Below are positions 13,895-25,344 of a stretch of 64,000 bases of DNA, piece by piece. The notes under the pieces were generated by a model. That model did not search any database and was not told the DNA's origin. It saw only the letters and a list, made by a program, of their open reading frames with translations. Position 1 is the stretch's first letter. Each line of letters starts with the position of its first letter. Made by a program: the position numbers and the translations under genes. Source of the DNA: Neodothiora populina (taxonomy: Eukaryota); assembly GCF_041146345.1 (NCBI RefSeq), contig NW_027191405.1, positions 248,001-312,000 of the forward strand, given 5' to 3'.

Positions 13895-14122
13895 TAGCAG
13901 AGCATTCTCCCAGACAATCAGTTGGAATCAGCAGCAGCGGCATCACTTCTACTGTACTTCAGTCTTCTACGCTTTCCTCTTACAATCTCCACTCCGGTTT
14001 ATCGTCTTTCAGTGCTTCTTCATAGCGTCGCTTTTGAACTTTTGAACTTTGGCAATTCATCGCCATCAATCATCTAATAACAACATACCCATACCAACCT
14101 TGCAAACCTACCAACAATCAAA

Positions 14123-17100
14123 ATGTCTGCTCAACACTCCGTCCGCAACTTGGTATCTGTGATCGATGAGGTCGCCCGTACTGCCCCTCAGAAGCCATGG
14201 GTTTACGTTCCTCGACACAACGAGGATGTCACCAAGGGCTACAAGACCATCACCTTCAGCCAGCTACAACACTCAATCAACAAGATGGCTCGCTGGATCG
14301 AGGCTACCGTTGGCATTAGCGGAACCAGAGAAACCCTTGCTTTCATGGACCGAACAAACGACATTCGTTACATCTTCGCCATCGGCGCTGCACTGAAGAC
14401 TGGTTACAAGATTTTGCTCACCTCGACCCGCAACAACCTCGAGGGCCAGCGGTACCTGATTCAACAGACCAGATGCAAGACCTTCCTCCACGGCGAAGAG
14501 TCTAAGGGCGATGTCGACGCCCTTCATGATGCTTCGACTGAGTTCAAGTCTTTCCAGGTTCCCAGCCTTGACGAGCTTCTAGAGGGTGATGCCCACGAGT
14601 ACCCTGGCCACCACGTCAGCGCCGACCCAAATGTCACCTCCATTATTATCCACACCTCTGGTTCCACCGGCTTGCCCAAGCCAATCGAGCTCCGCAATGG
14701 CTGGATCGCAACAACATACCTTTTGCCAGCCATGCAAGATCCCCATGGTCGCAAGCACTTGACTCAGATCTACTTCGGAACCCAGCCATCTCTCTGCACT
14801 CTCCCCTTCTTCCACGCTATGGGTCTCTTCTCAATCATCAAGTCCATCTTCTCACAGGGCCCCCTTATCCTTCCCCCTGTCGGTCGCTCCCCCAACGCCG
14901 AGATGAACCTCCAGATGATCCGCACCGCAAAGCCCGAGGTCGGTTTCTTCCCGCCTTCCATTCTCGAGGATATGGTCGACATGGAGGGTGGTCTAGAAGC
15001 CTTGAGCACTCTTCAATTCATTCTTTTCGCTGGTGCTCCTTTGGCACACGAGGTTGGTGACAAGATCGCTAAGGTTGCACGCATCCAAACCATCATCGGT
15101 TCCACCGAAGCCGGTATTCTCGACAGTTACGTCAACGAGGACCCAGCCGACTGGATGTACTTCGAGTGGTGCCCATGGACTGGAACCCGCATGGAGAAGC
15201 AAGACGAACTCCACGAACTCGTTCTTGAACGAGGAGACCTCACCCTGCAGGGTGCATTCTTCAGTTTCCCTGAAATCCCTGAGTGGCGCACCAAGGACTT
15301 GTACTCTGAGCACCCTACAAGAAAGGGTTTGTGGCAGTACCGTGGCCGTAACGATGATGTCATTGTTCTCAGCAACGGTGAGAAGTTCAACCCCATCGCC
15401 ATGGAGAAGTTCATCGAGTCCCACAGCATGGTCAAGGGAGCTCTTGTGGTTGGTCAGAACCACTTCCAAGCTGGTCTCCTCATCGAGACCAAGGAGCCTG
15501 TCGAGCCCGAAACCTTCCTCGACACCATCTGGCCTAAGATTGAGCACGCCAACACTCTAGTTGCTGCACACGGTCGCATTTGGAAGTCGAAGGTCGCCTT
15601 TGTCAAGGAAGGCAAGGCTTTCATCAGAGCACCGAAGGGTAACATCGTTCGTCGCAAGACAATCGAGGCCTTTGCCGACGAGATTGATGCTCTCTACTCC
15701 AACGAGGGCTTCGCCGATAAGTTGGGAGAGTTGACTACCGAGTCCAGCCTCGAGGATGTCAAGCAATACATCAAGAGTGCTCTTGCTCTCACTTGCCCCA
15801 AGGTCCCTGCCGATGTTGACGAGTCAGCTGACATCTTCGAGTTCGGTGTTGACTCTCTGCAAGTCCTCGGTCTTGCGTCTGCTCTCAACCACGCCATTCC
15901 CAAGCGTGAGGGAGCGACTGACGGTGGTATCAAGTCTCGCGTTGTTTACGCGAACCCCAGCCTCAAGGCTTTGAGCAGCGCCGTCTACGATGTAGTGAGC
16001 GGTGCAGACTTCAACAAGCCCCATGTCTCTCGCGAGCAGAGAATGGCGGACACCATCGCAAAGTACACCGCCGACCTCCCCGCACCTGTCACATACTCTC
16101 CTCGTCCTCAAAAGCATGCAGTTGTCATCACCGGCACTACTGGCAGTCTTGGCGGTTACATGCTCCAGTACCTCCTCGAAGCACCCGACGTCGCTAAGGT
16201 GTACGCCTTGAACCGTGGAGAGGCTGAATCTCGACAGAGAAAGGCTTTCCAAGAGAGGGGAGTCGATGCAGACTTCTCAAAGGTCAAATTCCTCCAGACC
16301 TCGTTTGACCAAGAGCGCTTCGGCCTTTCTGTCGAGGACTATCAGGAGCTCCTGGAGAACGTCGACCTCTTCATTCACAATGCTTGGGCAGTCAACTTCA
16401 ACATGGACTTGGACTCTTTCGAGCCCACTCACATCGCAGGAACCCGACGTGTTATTGACTTCAGCGCAAGCGCACAGTACCACCCTCACATCGTCTTCAT
16501 CTCTTCCATTGCCAGTACCGGCTGCTGGAGCACTACCGGCCACACCGGACTGGTCCCCGAGGAGTTCTACGCCGACAACAGCCTGCCTCTTCCCCAGGGC
16601 TACGGCGAGTCCAAGCACGTAGCTAGCAGTATCCTTGCCGTCGCGGCCGAGAAATCTGGCATCGCATCCACGATCGTCCGTTCCGGACAGATCGGTGGTC
16701 CCCGCACGGCGCTTGGTCTTTGGAACAGACAAGAATGGCTGCCAAGCATCGTCGCCTCATCTAAGGCAATCGGCAAGATCCCTCGCACTTTGGGCAACGA
16801 AGACGTGGTTGACTGGGTTCCCGTCGATGTCGCGGCACAGGTCCTTCTCGAGATCGCCCACGAGCGTTTCAGAACGCAAAAGGACAAGAAGCTCGACACC
16901 TTTGCCTTGGTCAACCCTGAGATTGTCAGCTGGTCAGAGCTTGTGCCAGCTGTCCAGGCATATTACGAACCCAGGGGCGTCAAGCTGGAGGTCGTTGAAT
17001 TCAAGGAGTGGCTCGACGTCCTCAAGAGTCTGCCTATGACCCAAGAGGAGGTGGCCAGGGTTCCTGGTCTGAAGTTGCTGGACTTCTACGAGGGCCTCGA

Positions 17101-17224
17101 CACTGGAAGTGGCCTGCCCAGAATGCAAACCCACCGTACCGCAGAGGCCAGTCCCGCATTGAAGAACGCCGGTCCCATCAACGCGGCTCTAATCCAGAAC
17201 TGGTGCAAGCAATGGCACTTCTGA
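14123..17224 (+). CDS. NRPS-like A-T-R enzyme (carboxylic/aryl-acid reductase type), intronless, 1033 aa
   Basis: A domain HTSGSTGLPK, IGSTEAG, GRNDDVIVLSNGEK. T domain DIFEFGVDSL (phosphopantetheine Ser). R domain VITGTTGSLG, HNAWAVNF, GYGESK. Confidence 0.93.
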   Translation: MSAQHSVRNLVSVIDEVARTAPQKPWVYVPRHNEDVTKGYKTITFSQLQHSINKMARWIEATVGISGTRETLAFMDRTNDIRYIFAIGAALKTGYKILLTSTRNNLEGQRYLIQQTRCKTFLHGEESKGDVDALHDASTEFKSFQVPSLDELLEGDAHEYPGHHVSADPNVTSIIIHTSGSTGLPKPIELRNGWIATTYLLPAMQDPHGRKHLTQIYFGTQPSLCTLPFFHAMGLFSIIKSIFSQGPLILPPVGRSPNAEMNLQMIRTAKPEVGFFPPSILEDMVDMEGGLEALSTLQFILFAGAPLAHEVGDKIAKVARIQTIIGSTEAGILDSYVNEDPADWMYFEWCPWTGTRMEKQDELHELVLERGDLTLQGAFFSFPEIPEWRTKDLYSEHPTRKGLWQYRGRNDDVIVLSNGEKFNPIAMEKFIESHSMVKGALVVGQNHFQAGLLIETKEPVEPETFLDTIWPKIEHANTLVAAHGRIWKSKVAFVKEGKAFIRAPKGNIVRRKTIEAFADEIDALYSNEGFADKLGELTTESSLEDVKQYIKSALALTCPKVPADVDESADIFEFGVDSLQVLGLASALNHAIPKREGATDGGIKSRVVYANPSLKALSSAVYDVVSGADFNKPHVSREQRMADTIAKYTADLPAPVTYSPRPQKHAVVITGTTGSLGGYMLQYLLEAPDVAKVYALNRGEAESRQRKAFQERGVDADFSKVKFLQTSFDQERFGLSVEDYQELLENVDLFIHNAWAVNFNMDLDSFEPTHIAGTRRVIDFSASAQYHPHIVFISSIASTGCWSTTGHTGLVPEEFYADNSLPLPQGYGESKHVASSILAVAAEKSGIASTIVRSGQIGGPRTALGLWNRQEWLPSIVASSKAIGKIPRTLGNEDVVDWVPVDVAAQVLLEIAHERFRTQKDKKLDTFALVNPEIVSWSELVPAVQAYYEPRGVKLEVVEFKEWLDVLKSLPMTQEEVARVPGLKLLDFYEGLDTGSGLPRMQTHRTAEASPALKNAGPINAALIQNWCKQWHF

Positions 17225-18308
17225 ACGAAGCGAGATGCTGGTATTGATTTTCCTGTTGCTATGATGATGTCGAAGTTGTGAATAGATTGTATCTTTTCTG
17301 GTTTGGAGTTTGGGATCCCGGGGATATCTGTTTTCTCTTCTTTTTGCTCATATCCAAAATGCGGTTCTCATTTAGCGTAGCGTACTTAGACAAATTTACG
17401 ACTTTCTGCCATCATCATAAATTCACAAATGTTGTACAGTGCACAAGGCGATGAAGAAGATGATTGACGGATGCAGTTCCGGGAACGGTCCGTGTACATG
17501 GGACTAAATATCTTTGCTTGCACTCGGATCAATTCAGCTTGGATATGCTAGATTCATAAGGTATCCTCGGAGTCATGACTCTGTGAAGCCGCAACAACTT
17601 TCAGAAGCTGTGCCACCGACTGCAGTCTCAGACCACGTCAAAGCACAGTCATGCCGAGTATCTGTAGCGACGAGCCGAGGTAGCGTATAAGTATCGATGT
17701 TCTGATGACCCAAGTCTGTGTCTCCCGAGTAGAACGTCATCGGGACTGCACGACCGCCTTCGAAATCACCAAGCAGCACTCAGCACCCGTCCAGCGTGAT
17801 TTACTGAAGGCCAAGTCGAAAGACCGCTCTGTTCACCGCCAAGACTTCTGAACTGACGGAGTATCGACGCGGCTTCCACGACGAACACTCCAGAAAACAG
17901 CCGTAACTTGCCTCCGTGGTCATCATTCGTTTGCGCCTGCCTTGTGCTTGGCCTCTCCTTATCTTGCCACCACACCATTAGTCCACCATTAGTCGTAGTG
18001 TGGGCCCCTTTGACTCGCCACGGTCCGCTCAACGCATTCACTCATTTTCCGAAAACCCTTTATGCACCTACCGTATGCTTCATAATTCACAGATTGCAGC
18101 ATCCGCCTTTGAACAGGGACACGAAACGGAACGCATCATCACCGTTCAACAAAAAACCCCAAATACGAACTGAGACGGGACCCATCCACGACAACAACCC
18201 CACAAATAGTCGTTTCTGCTGTGATAAGGGCTTTACAAATATAGTACAGAGCGCTGTTAAATAGCGCAGTAGCAACATACCCCCTACTAAAGGCATCATT
18301 TTGAAAGC

Positions 18309-19133
18309 ATGGATCTGCTCCAGACGGTCCGCAAAGAGGGCTCCCGCGGCGGCCGCGCGAATTTCTCCTGGTCCGACGTGCAGAATGACGCGCAGCGCGA
18401 GAATTATCTTGGTCACTCCCTGATGGCGCCGGTGGGTCGCTGGCAAAAAGGTCGGGATCTGAACTGGTATGCCAAGGGCGATGTCGACTCACAGGATCAG
18501 CAGAAGACCGAGGCCGAGAAGAGGAAGGAGGAGATTAGGAAAATAAAGGAGAAGGAAGAAGATGAGATGCGCAAGGCACTAGGCCTGCCGCCTATCGAGC
18601 GAGGGGAGACGAATGCAAACCTGATGCCTCTGGGCTCTGGCAAGGATGCCAAGGACGTGCAAAAAATCATCAAGGAGAGCATGCAGTCAGACGAGGCAGA
18701 AGAAGAGAACGGAAAGGGTCTTGGTTTTGGGACCTATGGCCCCGGTGGTCGCGACGGCGATGAAAAGGAAGTACTGAGAGGAAAAGATGAGCGCGCCGTT
18801 GGTGGTCTGCATAGAAGAAGTCGCACGCGAAGCAGGAGCAGAGAGCACAGGCACAGAAGCAGGAGAGACGAAGATGAGAGACCTCCGAGACGGAGGAGGT
18901 CGAGGTCCAGAAAACATTCGAGGGAGCGAAACAAGGAGCACAGACGGCATAGATCCAGGTCGAGAGACCACCACAGGCATCGACCTAGACGCGAGGATCG
19001 TGACCGTGAAGATAGGCCCAGAAAAGACCAACGGCGAGAAAGATCGAGGTCAAGAGAGCAGAGACGACACAGGAGCAGGTCTCCTCGCGACAGACCTGAT
19101 CGCGACAGTGACCGGAGACGACGTTATGACTGA
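18309..19133 (+). CDS. MMTAG2-like protein (MMtag domain + Arg/Ser-rich tail)
   Basis: SRGGRANFSWSDV...RENYLGHSLMAPVGRWQKGRDLNWYAK N-terminal domain; RS/RD-rich C-terminus. Confidence 0.85.
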   Translation: MDLLQTVRKEGSRGGRANFSWSDVQNDAQRENYLGHSLMAPVGRWQKGRDLNWYAKGDVDSQDQQKTEAEKRKEEIRKIKEKEEDEMRKALGLPPIERGETNANLMPLGSGKDAKDVQKIIKESMQSDEAEEENGKGLGFGTYGPGGRDGDEKEVLRGKDERAVGGLHRRSRTRSRSREHRHRSRRDEDERPPRRRRSRSRKHSRERNKEHRRHRSRSRDHHRHRPRREDRDREDRPRKDQRRERSRSREQRRHRSRSPRDRPDRDSDRRRRYD

Positions 19134-19514
19134 ATGAAACAGGACTTTAATCAATCACAGTCCGCCTGTCACGTATTATACACCTCAATGACATGATGGT
19201 GCAAATGTGCCATCACAAAGCCAGTATCAAAGGGCAGCATCACGCTACACAAGATCATCACATATTGAGTCTGGGGCATGACTTCAGAGGGCCGAGTGAT
19301 ATTCGTATGAAGCTCATCAAGCCCTACTGAGGAAGTGGATGCGTTACTCGAACCAAATGAAGGTCTAGACCGGCGAGAACGAAGGCCAATGATACTGCAG
19401 TGGTAGGTTCTGTAATTCGTCAGACAGTAACCCTTCAGCTCCTATCAGTCAAGCTTCAGACATCTATCCTAGGCGTATCATAAAACAAACGTCGTCTCTC
19501 ATAATATCACTCCT

Positions 19515-19847
19515 CTATTTCTTCCTCTCCTCGCTGACCCCCACCTCAATCTCTTCCTTCCCACCCTTCTCCCCTACCAGTGCCTCCTCCTCATCACTCT
19601 TATAAGCATCGCCCTCATCCCCACTGCCATGCTTGGACCCACTCTTCAGTTTATTCTTGAGCTTCCTCCAGGGACTGTCGCCACTCTCGATGGCATTCTT
19701 CTTATTACCCCGATATAGAGAGCTGTTATAATATGCGGCGGCTTCTTCCTCGCGGCCCGGGTGTGTGTCCTTGAAATCTTCTGGGACGAAGACCTCGCGG
19801 GCGCGGGCACCTGCTGCGGATACGCCGGTGGTGCTGAAGGCGTACAT
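19515..19847 (-). CDS. Small hydrophilic hypothetical protein (~110 aa)
   Basis: ORF MYAFSTTGV...EERKK with protein-like charged composition; no recognisable domain; start uncertain. Confidence 0.45.
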   Translation of the reverse strand: MYAFSTTGVSAAGARAREVFVPEDFKDTHPGREEEAAAYYNSSLYRGNKKNAIESGDSPWRKLKNKLKSGSKHGSGDEGDAYKSDEEEALVGEKGGKEEIEVGVSEERKK

Positions 19848-21522
19848 CTTTTTTCTTTCTTCTTCTTCAATTGAACGTTTGTTGTTTTCAACGGCGGAGC
19901 TCTTTCGTTGATCGTTGTCGTAAGTCGTGAGCGTCACTGCCTGTAGAAAGGTACTGTAGTTTTCAAGGTAATTCTTGATATTGCGGTCTTGATCGCAAGG
20001 ATGTCTTATCCCGGATTCAACTCGAAGCGAGAGAGGCGCAGCGTAAGTTTGTCTCGAGGATAATGCAAGGACGTTTCCTGTACCCAGAGGAGGTGCATGT
20101 ATGTCTCCTCTTCTCGGTGCTTCTATCTCGTCTCTGTCTTAAAGACTCGTGGAGTGGTATAAGCAAACAAGAGTATGCGATAATTATCAGCCTCGATAGA
20201 ATGTATATATAACAGAGGGATTTACAAAAAGTATAGATGGAATCTAATCAGTACCAGCGAGACGTCCCAGCCATATATATCCCCCCTTCTCTACCTTGTT
20301 CTTCTCTATGTATATACACACACAAGAAATGAAAGGTCGACTCTCCACCCCCGTTTTGATACCCCGATCACCAAGCAACTAAGTGGAGACCCCGCAAACC
20401 CTGTACCGAGACGACCACCGACCAAACCCCGATCCAGAAAATGATGTGCGCGAATACAGTTTTGTGCGCTGAGCAAGGGAATCCTACGACGAACGGACTG
20501 GGGAACGGATCACTTAGTTTTACGGCCGGATGTGATCCTTCGTGCGTATGGAGTGGCTGTGTATTGTAGTGCAAGTTTCGCTGTGTTGGTTTATGGTTTT
20601 GTTGTTTTCGCGTTATATACTTGGAGTTGAGACTTGAATTGGGGTATGTTCATGACTTTCCGCTTGGTTCTGAGGTCTCATGAAATCGGGTTTACATATT
20701 CACACATGATTGTGATAAGGTAGTTGTAGGGAAATGGCAGTGGTGTGAGAAACCAGACAAGACGAGCGGAACACAGTGAAACACCCTGACGTCAGATGGA
20801 GGGGCAGATCCTTAAGAATGTGCCTGAAGATACCTTGGAAGGTCCCTATCTCCTTACCATGGAAGGTATCTTCCTCTCATCAACCTATAGTATTTGCTAT
20901 CGGGATGAGAGTCCCGGTTTCCTTGGCTCTTATTCATTGTTTTATAGCTGTTGCTGGAGACTACATCATTGTGCTATTTTTTGTTTCTATATTTATGTGT
21001 GCGAGTAAGGATGCCAGATGGATGATGTAGTGGGTATAGTTGTGTGGCGATATCACTGTAACGACGTAGCTTGATACTGAATCCATTTGTTTTCTCTAAG
21101 TAGGCATGATGATCATGTGCCTTGTGTGCTTTTAGGTGTTCTGACTCGTGATCGTCTTTTGCTGTGATAGCTCCTCAGATATGGTCATCGCGTCTTGTCA
21201 CTCTGCGACACTGAATCGTCTGTCAAGCATGTGTTGGGCGAATATCGTGACTCCAGACCCGTGGCATCCTATTGGGCCATTCGACGGCAGATTCATCATC
21301 ACTGCTTGTCTTGCACAGTCTCGGGTCTACTACAACACCGGGGTTTCGATGGAACTTGCTTATCACTATGGCTGCGACTGGGGTCCTTGCGGTCATGTGC
21401 CTTCGGTAGTACTGCGCAGCTACAGCGATCGCCAGTCGCGCAAAATTGAGAAACGACTACAACTAGTAGGAATGGCTCCTGTTGTCATGCTTCAATGTCT
21501 ATCCTTATACTCTCGCTTAGCC

Positions 21523-22733
21523 TCAGTGCGCATACGACCTCATCGCAGGACTGGCTCCAACTCGCTCACCCACACGCACCAATGTCTCGCAGACGTCCTT
21601 TGTGGAATTGTCCACCAAATCCACGTCGAGTGTCACGTCGGCGTTTTCGTACAGGTTGATGACAGTGCTTCCGCCGTACTTGAATGCGCCTAGGCATTGA
21701 CCACGCTGGATCTCGACGCCAACCTCGATGCCTGGGTTGTATTGGATACTTCCGACTGTCATGGAGTCAGCTTTGCAATGCGCTTGGTCCAGGAATGTAT
21801 AACATGCGACTTACCAAGCATTGCACCCACAGCGATGATCGCAACCTTCTTGCCAGTCGCCTTCCTCTTCACAATCATGACGCTGCGCCTATTCTCGCAA
21901 AACACATCCAGAGTTCCTGCCTGGGTGATGGCCTGCGGGTTGACAGTGTAGTACGCACCAGGTATCTCGGTGATACTCTCGATTGTTCCCGAGATGGGCG
22001 AATGCCATCTATGATAATCTTGTGGCGCCAATCTCGCTATGACGACACTACCGCCGTCGAAATCTTTCGCCAGTGGTTCAGAGTTGAGCAACCTTGAAAG
22101 AGTGAACCCGTAGCCTTTGATCCAGTATTTCGTCGCCAGATCTACAGTGGGAAAGACTGTCAACCTGCAATCTGCGGGACTGGAGATGACAAGGTCATTT
22201 TCTGGCTCTGCGACAGGTCTGGCCTGGGGTTTTATCTCTCGGGCAAAAAACTCGTTGAAGTTTTTGTATTTTGACGGATCCGGCTCCTTCATATCCGACA
22301 TGCTCTCTTGCAGGTCGAAGCTCTCGATGAACGGGATAATGTGGTCGACTGATTGCGGATCATCATACTGTTTGCCCATCTTCTTGCTTTGGTCCTCAAG
22401 CAAAGCCACTGTGCGTTTCCAGTGCAGTGCCTTTTCTTGTTCTGTGCCATAGTACAGAACATGCATGCCTACGCGCACATAGATGCTCATTGGCTCGAAA
22501 GACTTGATATGGGTTTTGCGATCAAAGACATAATTGCCCATGTGCCATGCTGACTCCATTTCCGCAAGGGATTGGTAAGGAAAGATTCGCTTAAGCCATG
22601 CATGCGCATGATCGTGGTTAGAAGGCGTGTGTAGAGTTTCTTTCGGATCTTTGCTGTGGTTCCCTGCCTCGTCTGTGATTTTATTCAAGGCTTGGGCTGT
22701 CGCCTGCAGCTGATCGTCTTGCTTAGGATCCAT
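21523..22733 (-). CDS. Phosphatidylserine decarboxylase proenzyme (short PSD2-like, no C2 domain)
   Basis: FNEFFAREIKP, SPADCR, RLAPQDYHRWHSP, VGAMLVGSI, FKYGGSTV autocleavage motif. Intron 21756-21814. Confidence 0.92.
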
Positions 22734-23821
22734 TTTTTTGGTGAGGACAAGCTTTCTGGAGTTCTTGGTGTAGTACTAATACAGTGCGATCGATGCAAGA
22801 GAGATGAATATGAACGAAGAAGGCGAGGTGAAGGAGAAGGAGCCGGACAAGAAGAACAAAGAAAACGATACAGGACTCATAGGAAACAACAACTACAGCA
22901 CTAAGTACACAGGTATCCGAGGACCGGTCCAGCCTGTCCAAGTGAGTTTATGTAACCGTCGTCAGTTTCATCATCATGCCATCGCCGACCACCAATGACA
23001 ATGCAACAATACACCTTACCTCAGGTTTCTACCTGCCTTGCGTGGCCCATGGACACTTGTATGACGTACTGTGACTGCACTCGTACCTTGATGATGGACC
23101 TTCCCCGTGAAACTTGGCAGAGATCGGACAGGAGAACCCGGAGGCTTGTGAGAAAGCTTAGTTCTGGCTTATCTCGCCTTACCTTAGTTTGCATCACACG
23201 TGCATGCATGTATGCGAACGAGTAGTGAACAAAGCATGCTTGCGACTGAAGTTGCGACTCTATAGTTCAGCAAGCCCGCTGCCATGATGGAGAGGTGGTA
23301 TACTGTACCTCTCATCTCAACGCAGCTCATCAGCTTAAGCCCGGATGCTTGATGATCTTGTGTACTTGCAGGTCACCCTGTCAAGATGAGACAAGGCCGG
23401 GCCCTTACTGTACAGGCACGTTGCTGATACGGCCGAAGGAATTGGTACCAATAGATCGAGGTACAGATTGATGTACAGATTGTGGTATCTGTACTTGTAC
23501 TGTAAGGTAGAATTACCCCGCCGGACTTTCTGGTTTGTCCGCTCGGGGACATTATGCCTGTATTGTGTGGGGTATACCAGGTACTTGGAGGAGGAAGTGT
23601 CTTGGGTGGTAGAAGTACTGAAATACGGGTCCATGTCCTGGTCTGGTTTATGAGGGACTCGAGAGTGTATATTATCCAACGAAAGAAGATCTCTGCGATA
23701 CTATCTTTGAAAGCGACACATCTGCCTTAGCTACTTATATCTCACTCCCCCTACAATCCTCCTAAGCAAACCCCAGGGCTTTATCTCCATCACCAGATAA
23801 TATCCAAAACCGCACGACTCA

Positions 23822-24702
23822 ATGGCGTCCTCCATCCTCCATTCCCCAACTACAATCCGCATCCTGCAAGTCCTCGCCATAGCAGGCTCAGCAATAGTAG
23901 CAGGTCCAACTCCCCTCCCCCTCAATCTCCCTCTTCGCCCCCACCCGACATCAACTCAACAGCCCCCCCCCCCCCCTCTCCCTATATCGATACTGACAAG
24001 GAAGCAGGAACGAACATAAGCACGACCCTCCTCACAATCCCCTCATTATTTTCTCTACCTAGAGACAGAAGATGGGGCCATTCCATAGCGACTCAATGGG
24101 CAACGCTATACACTCGAGGCCTGCGCCTTATACTCCCCTGTGCGATCGTTTCGTCACTTGCCTTTGTGGGGTTGGCGGTTGACTCTTCTCGCCTTTTCTC
24201 TTCTTCTTCTTCTTCTTCTTCTTCCTCGTCTGTTGCAGCTTCGTCTGTCGCATCTGTCACGGCAGCGATAGTTGGAAGTGGAAGAGGAGGAGAACACGCA
24301 AGACTAGCGACGAAGTTATACGCCACCGCTGCACTCGCCGCCGTGGCGTTTATGCCGTGGACGAGACTTATTATGTGGGATGTTAATCTGAAACTCTTGG
24401 AAATCGCTGCTTCGGCTTCTCCTTCCTCTACTTCTTCTTCTACTTCCGGCGCTTCTGACTCTGGTTCTGGTTCTGGATCTGCTAGCGCCCGCGGTGATAA
24501 CGAAGAAGTAAACAGAAAAGTGAGCCCGAACGGAGGATATGAAGATACGGAGATCAAAAATCTAGTCGGAAGATGGAGCAGACTTAATCTGGTCCGAGGC
24601 GGGCTTTCGCTCTCCAGCGTCGTATTGGGGGTTTTGGGGGTTGGGTTTGCTTCTTCTTCTGCTTCTACTGCTTTGACTCCTGTCTCTGTCATTGGGAAGT
24701 GA
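23822..24702 (+). CDS. DUF1772 / anthrone-oxygenase-like membrane protein with Ser-rich insertions
   Basis: Exon 1 ...AIVAG, intron 23904-24007, then TIPSLF...QWATLYTRG, MPWTRLIMWDVNLKL, LVGRWSRLNLVRG: the pattern I recall for DUF1772. Confidence 0.7.
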
Positions 24703-24773
24703 GTGCTGGTCTTACTAGCATGATCTGGAAGCGAAGTTTGCTGGAGCTGAGTCGTGGTATCGCTTATATCGCT

Positions 24774-24791
24774 GGGGGGGGGGGGGGGGGG
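24774..24791. repeat. G18 homopolymer downstream of the DUF1772 gene
   Basis: Directly visible; a C14 run also lies in the gene's intron at 23963-23976. Confidence 0.85.
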
Positions 24792-25344
24792 CGCGGGGCT
24801 GGTGCTGTTGGATTAGAAAGCTGTCGTCATCTCTCTTGTGATTTTCGTATGGTCCCCGGCTGAAGACAGCTGAGATGCGTATGTATTGGAAGTGGACATG
24901 ACAGTCTAGGCTTCATCTGTGCTACATCCACTCCGAGGTCGGAGCGGCCGATATAAGTTAATAATACCGTCTACCTCAGCCAGACCACTGCCCCGTCCAC
25001 AATCGTTATTGTTGAGAGATGCTCGAGCGTCGTTTAAGATACACACCTCGATACCCACTACACCGCACTCCACGCGTGCAAGGGTAAACGAGATGTTGTC
25101 AGACGTAGCAAAATAGTAAAGAAGCAACATCAAAGGAGACGAACGATTTGCTCTGCGGAAGCATCAAGCAGTCGAATTGAAGCCTCCTTTCCTTCTCTAG
25201 ACGTCGCCCAATAAAAGACCCATCGAAATCTTCCAGCGCCGTAAAACTCCACGCTGAATCTTTTTCCTATGATTATTATCCTCGTCCCTCCATGTCCCCC
25301 ATCCAGTAGTGATGAATAATGTCCCTTCATCGACCACGAATGCC

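Noticed and set aside
14166..17247. Many long antisense or alternate-frame ORFs over the NRPS-like gene (also over CWH41, ADE13, ABZ1, MSS1)
   Set aside because: Expected shadows of codon-biased real genes; no independent motifs.
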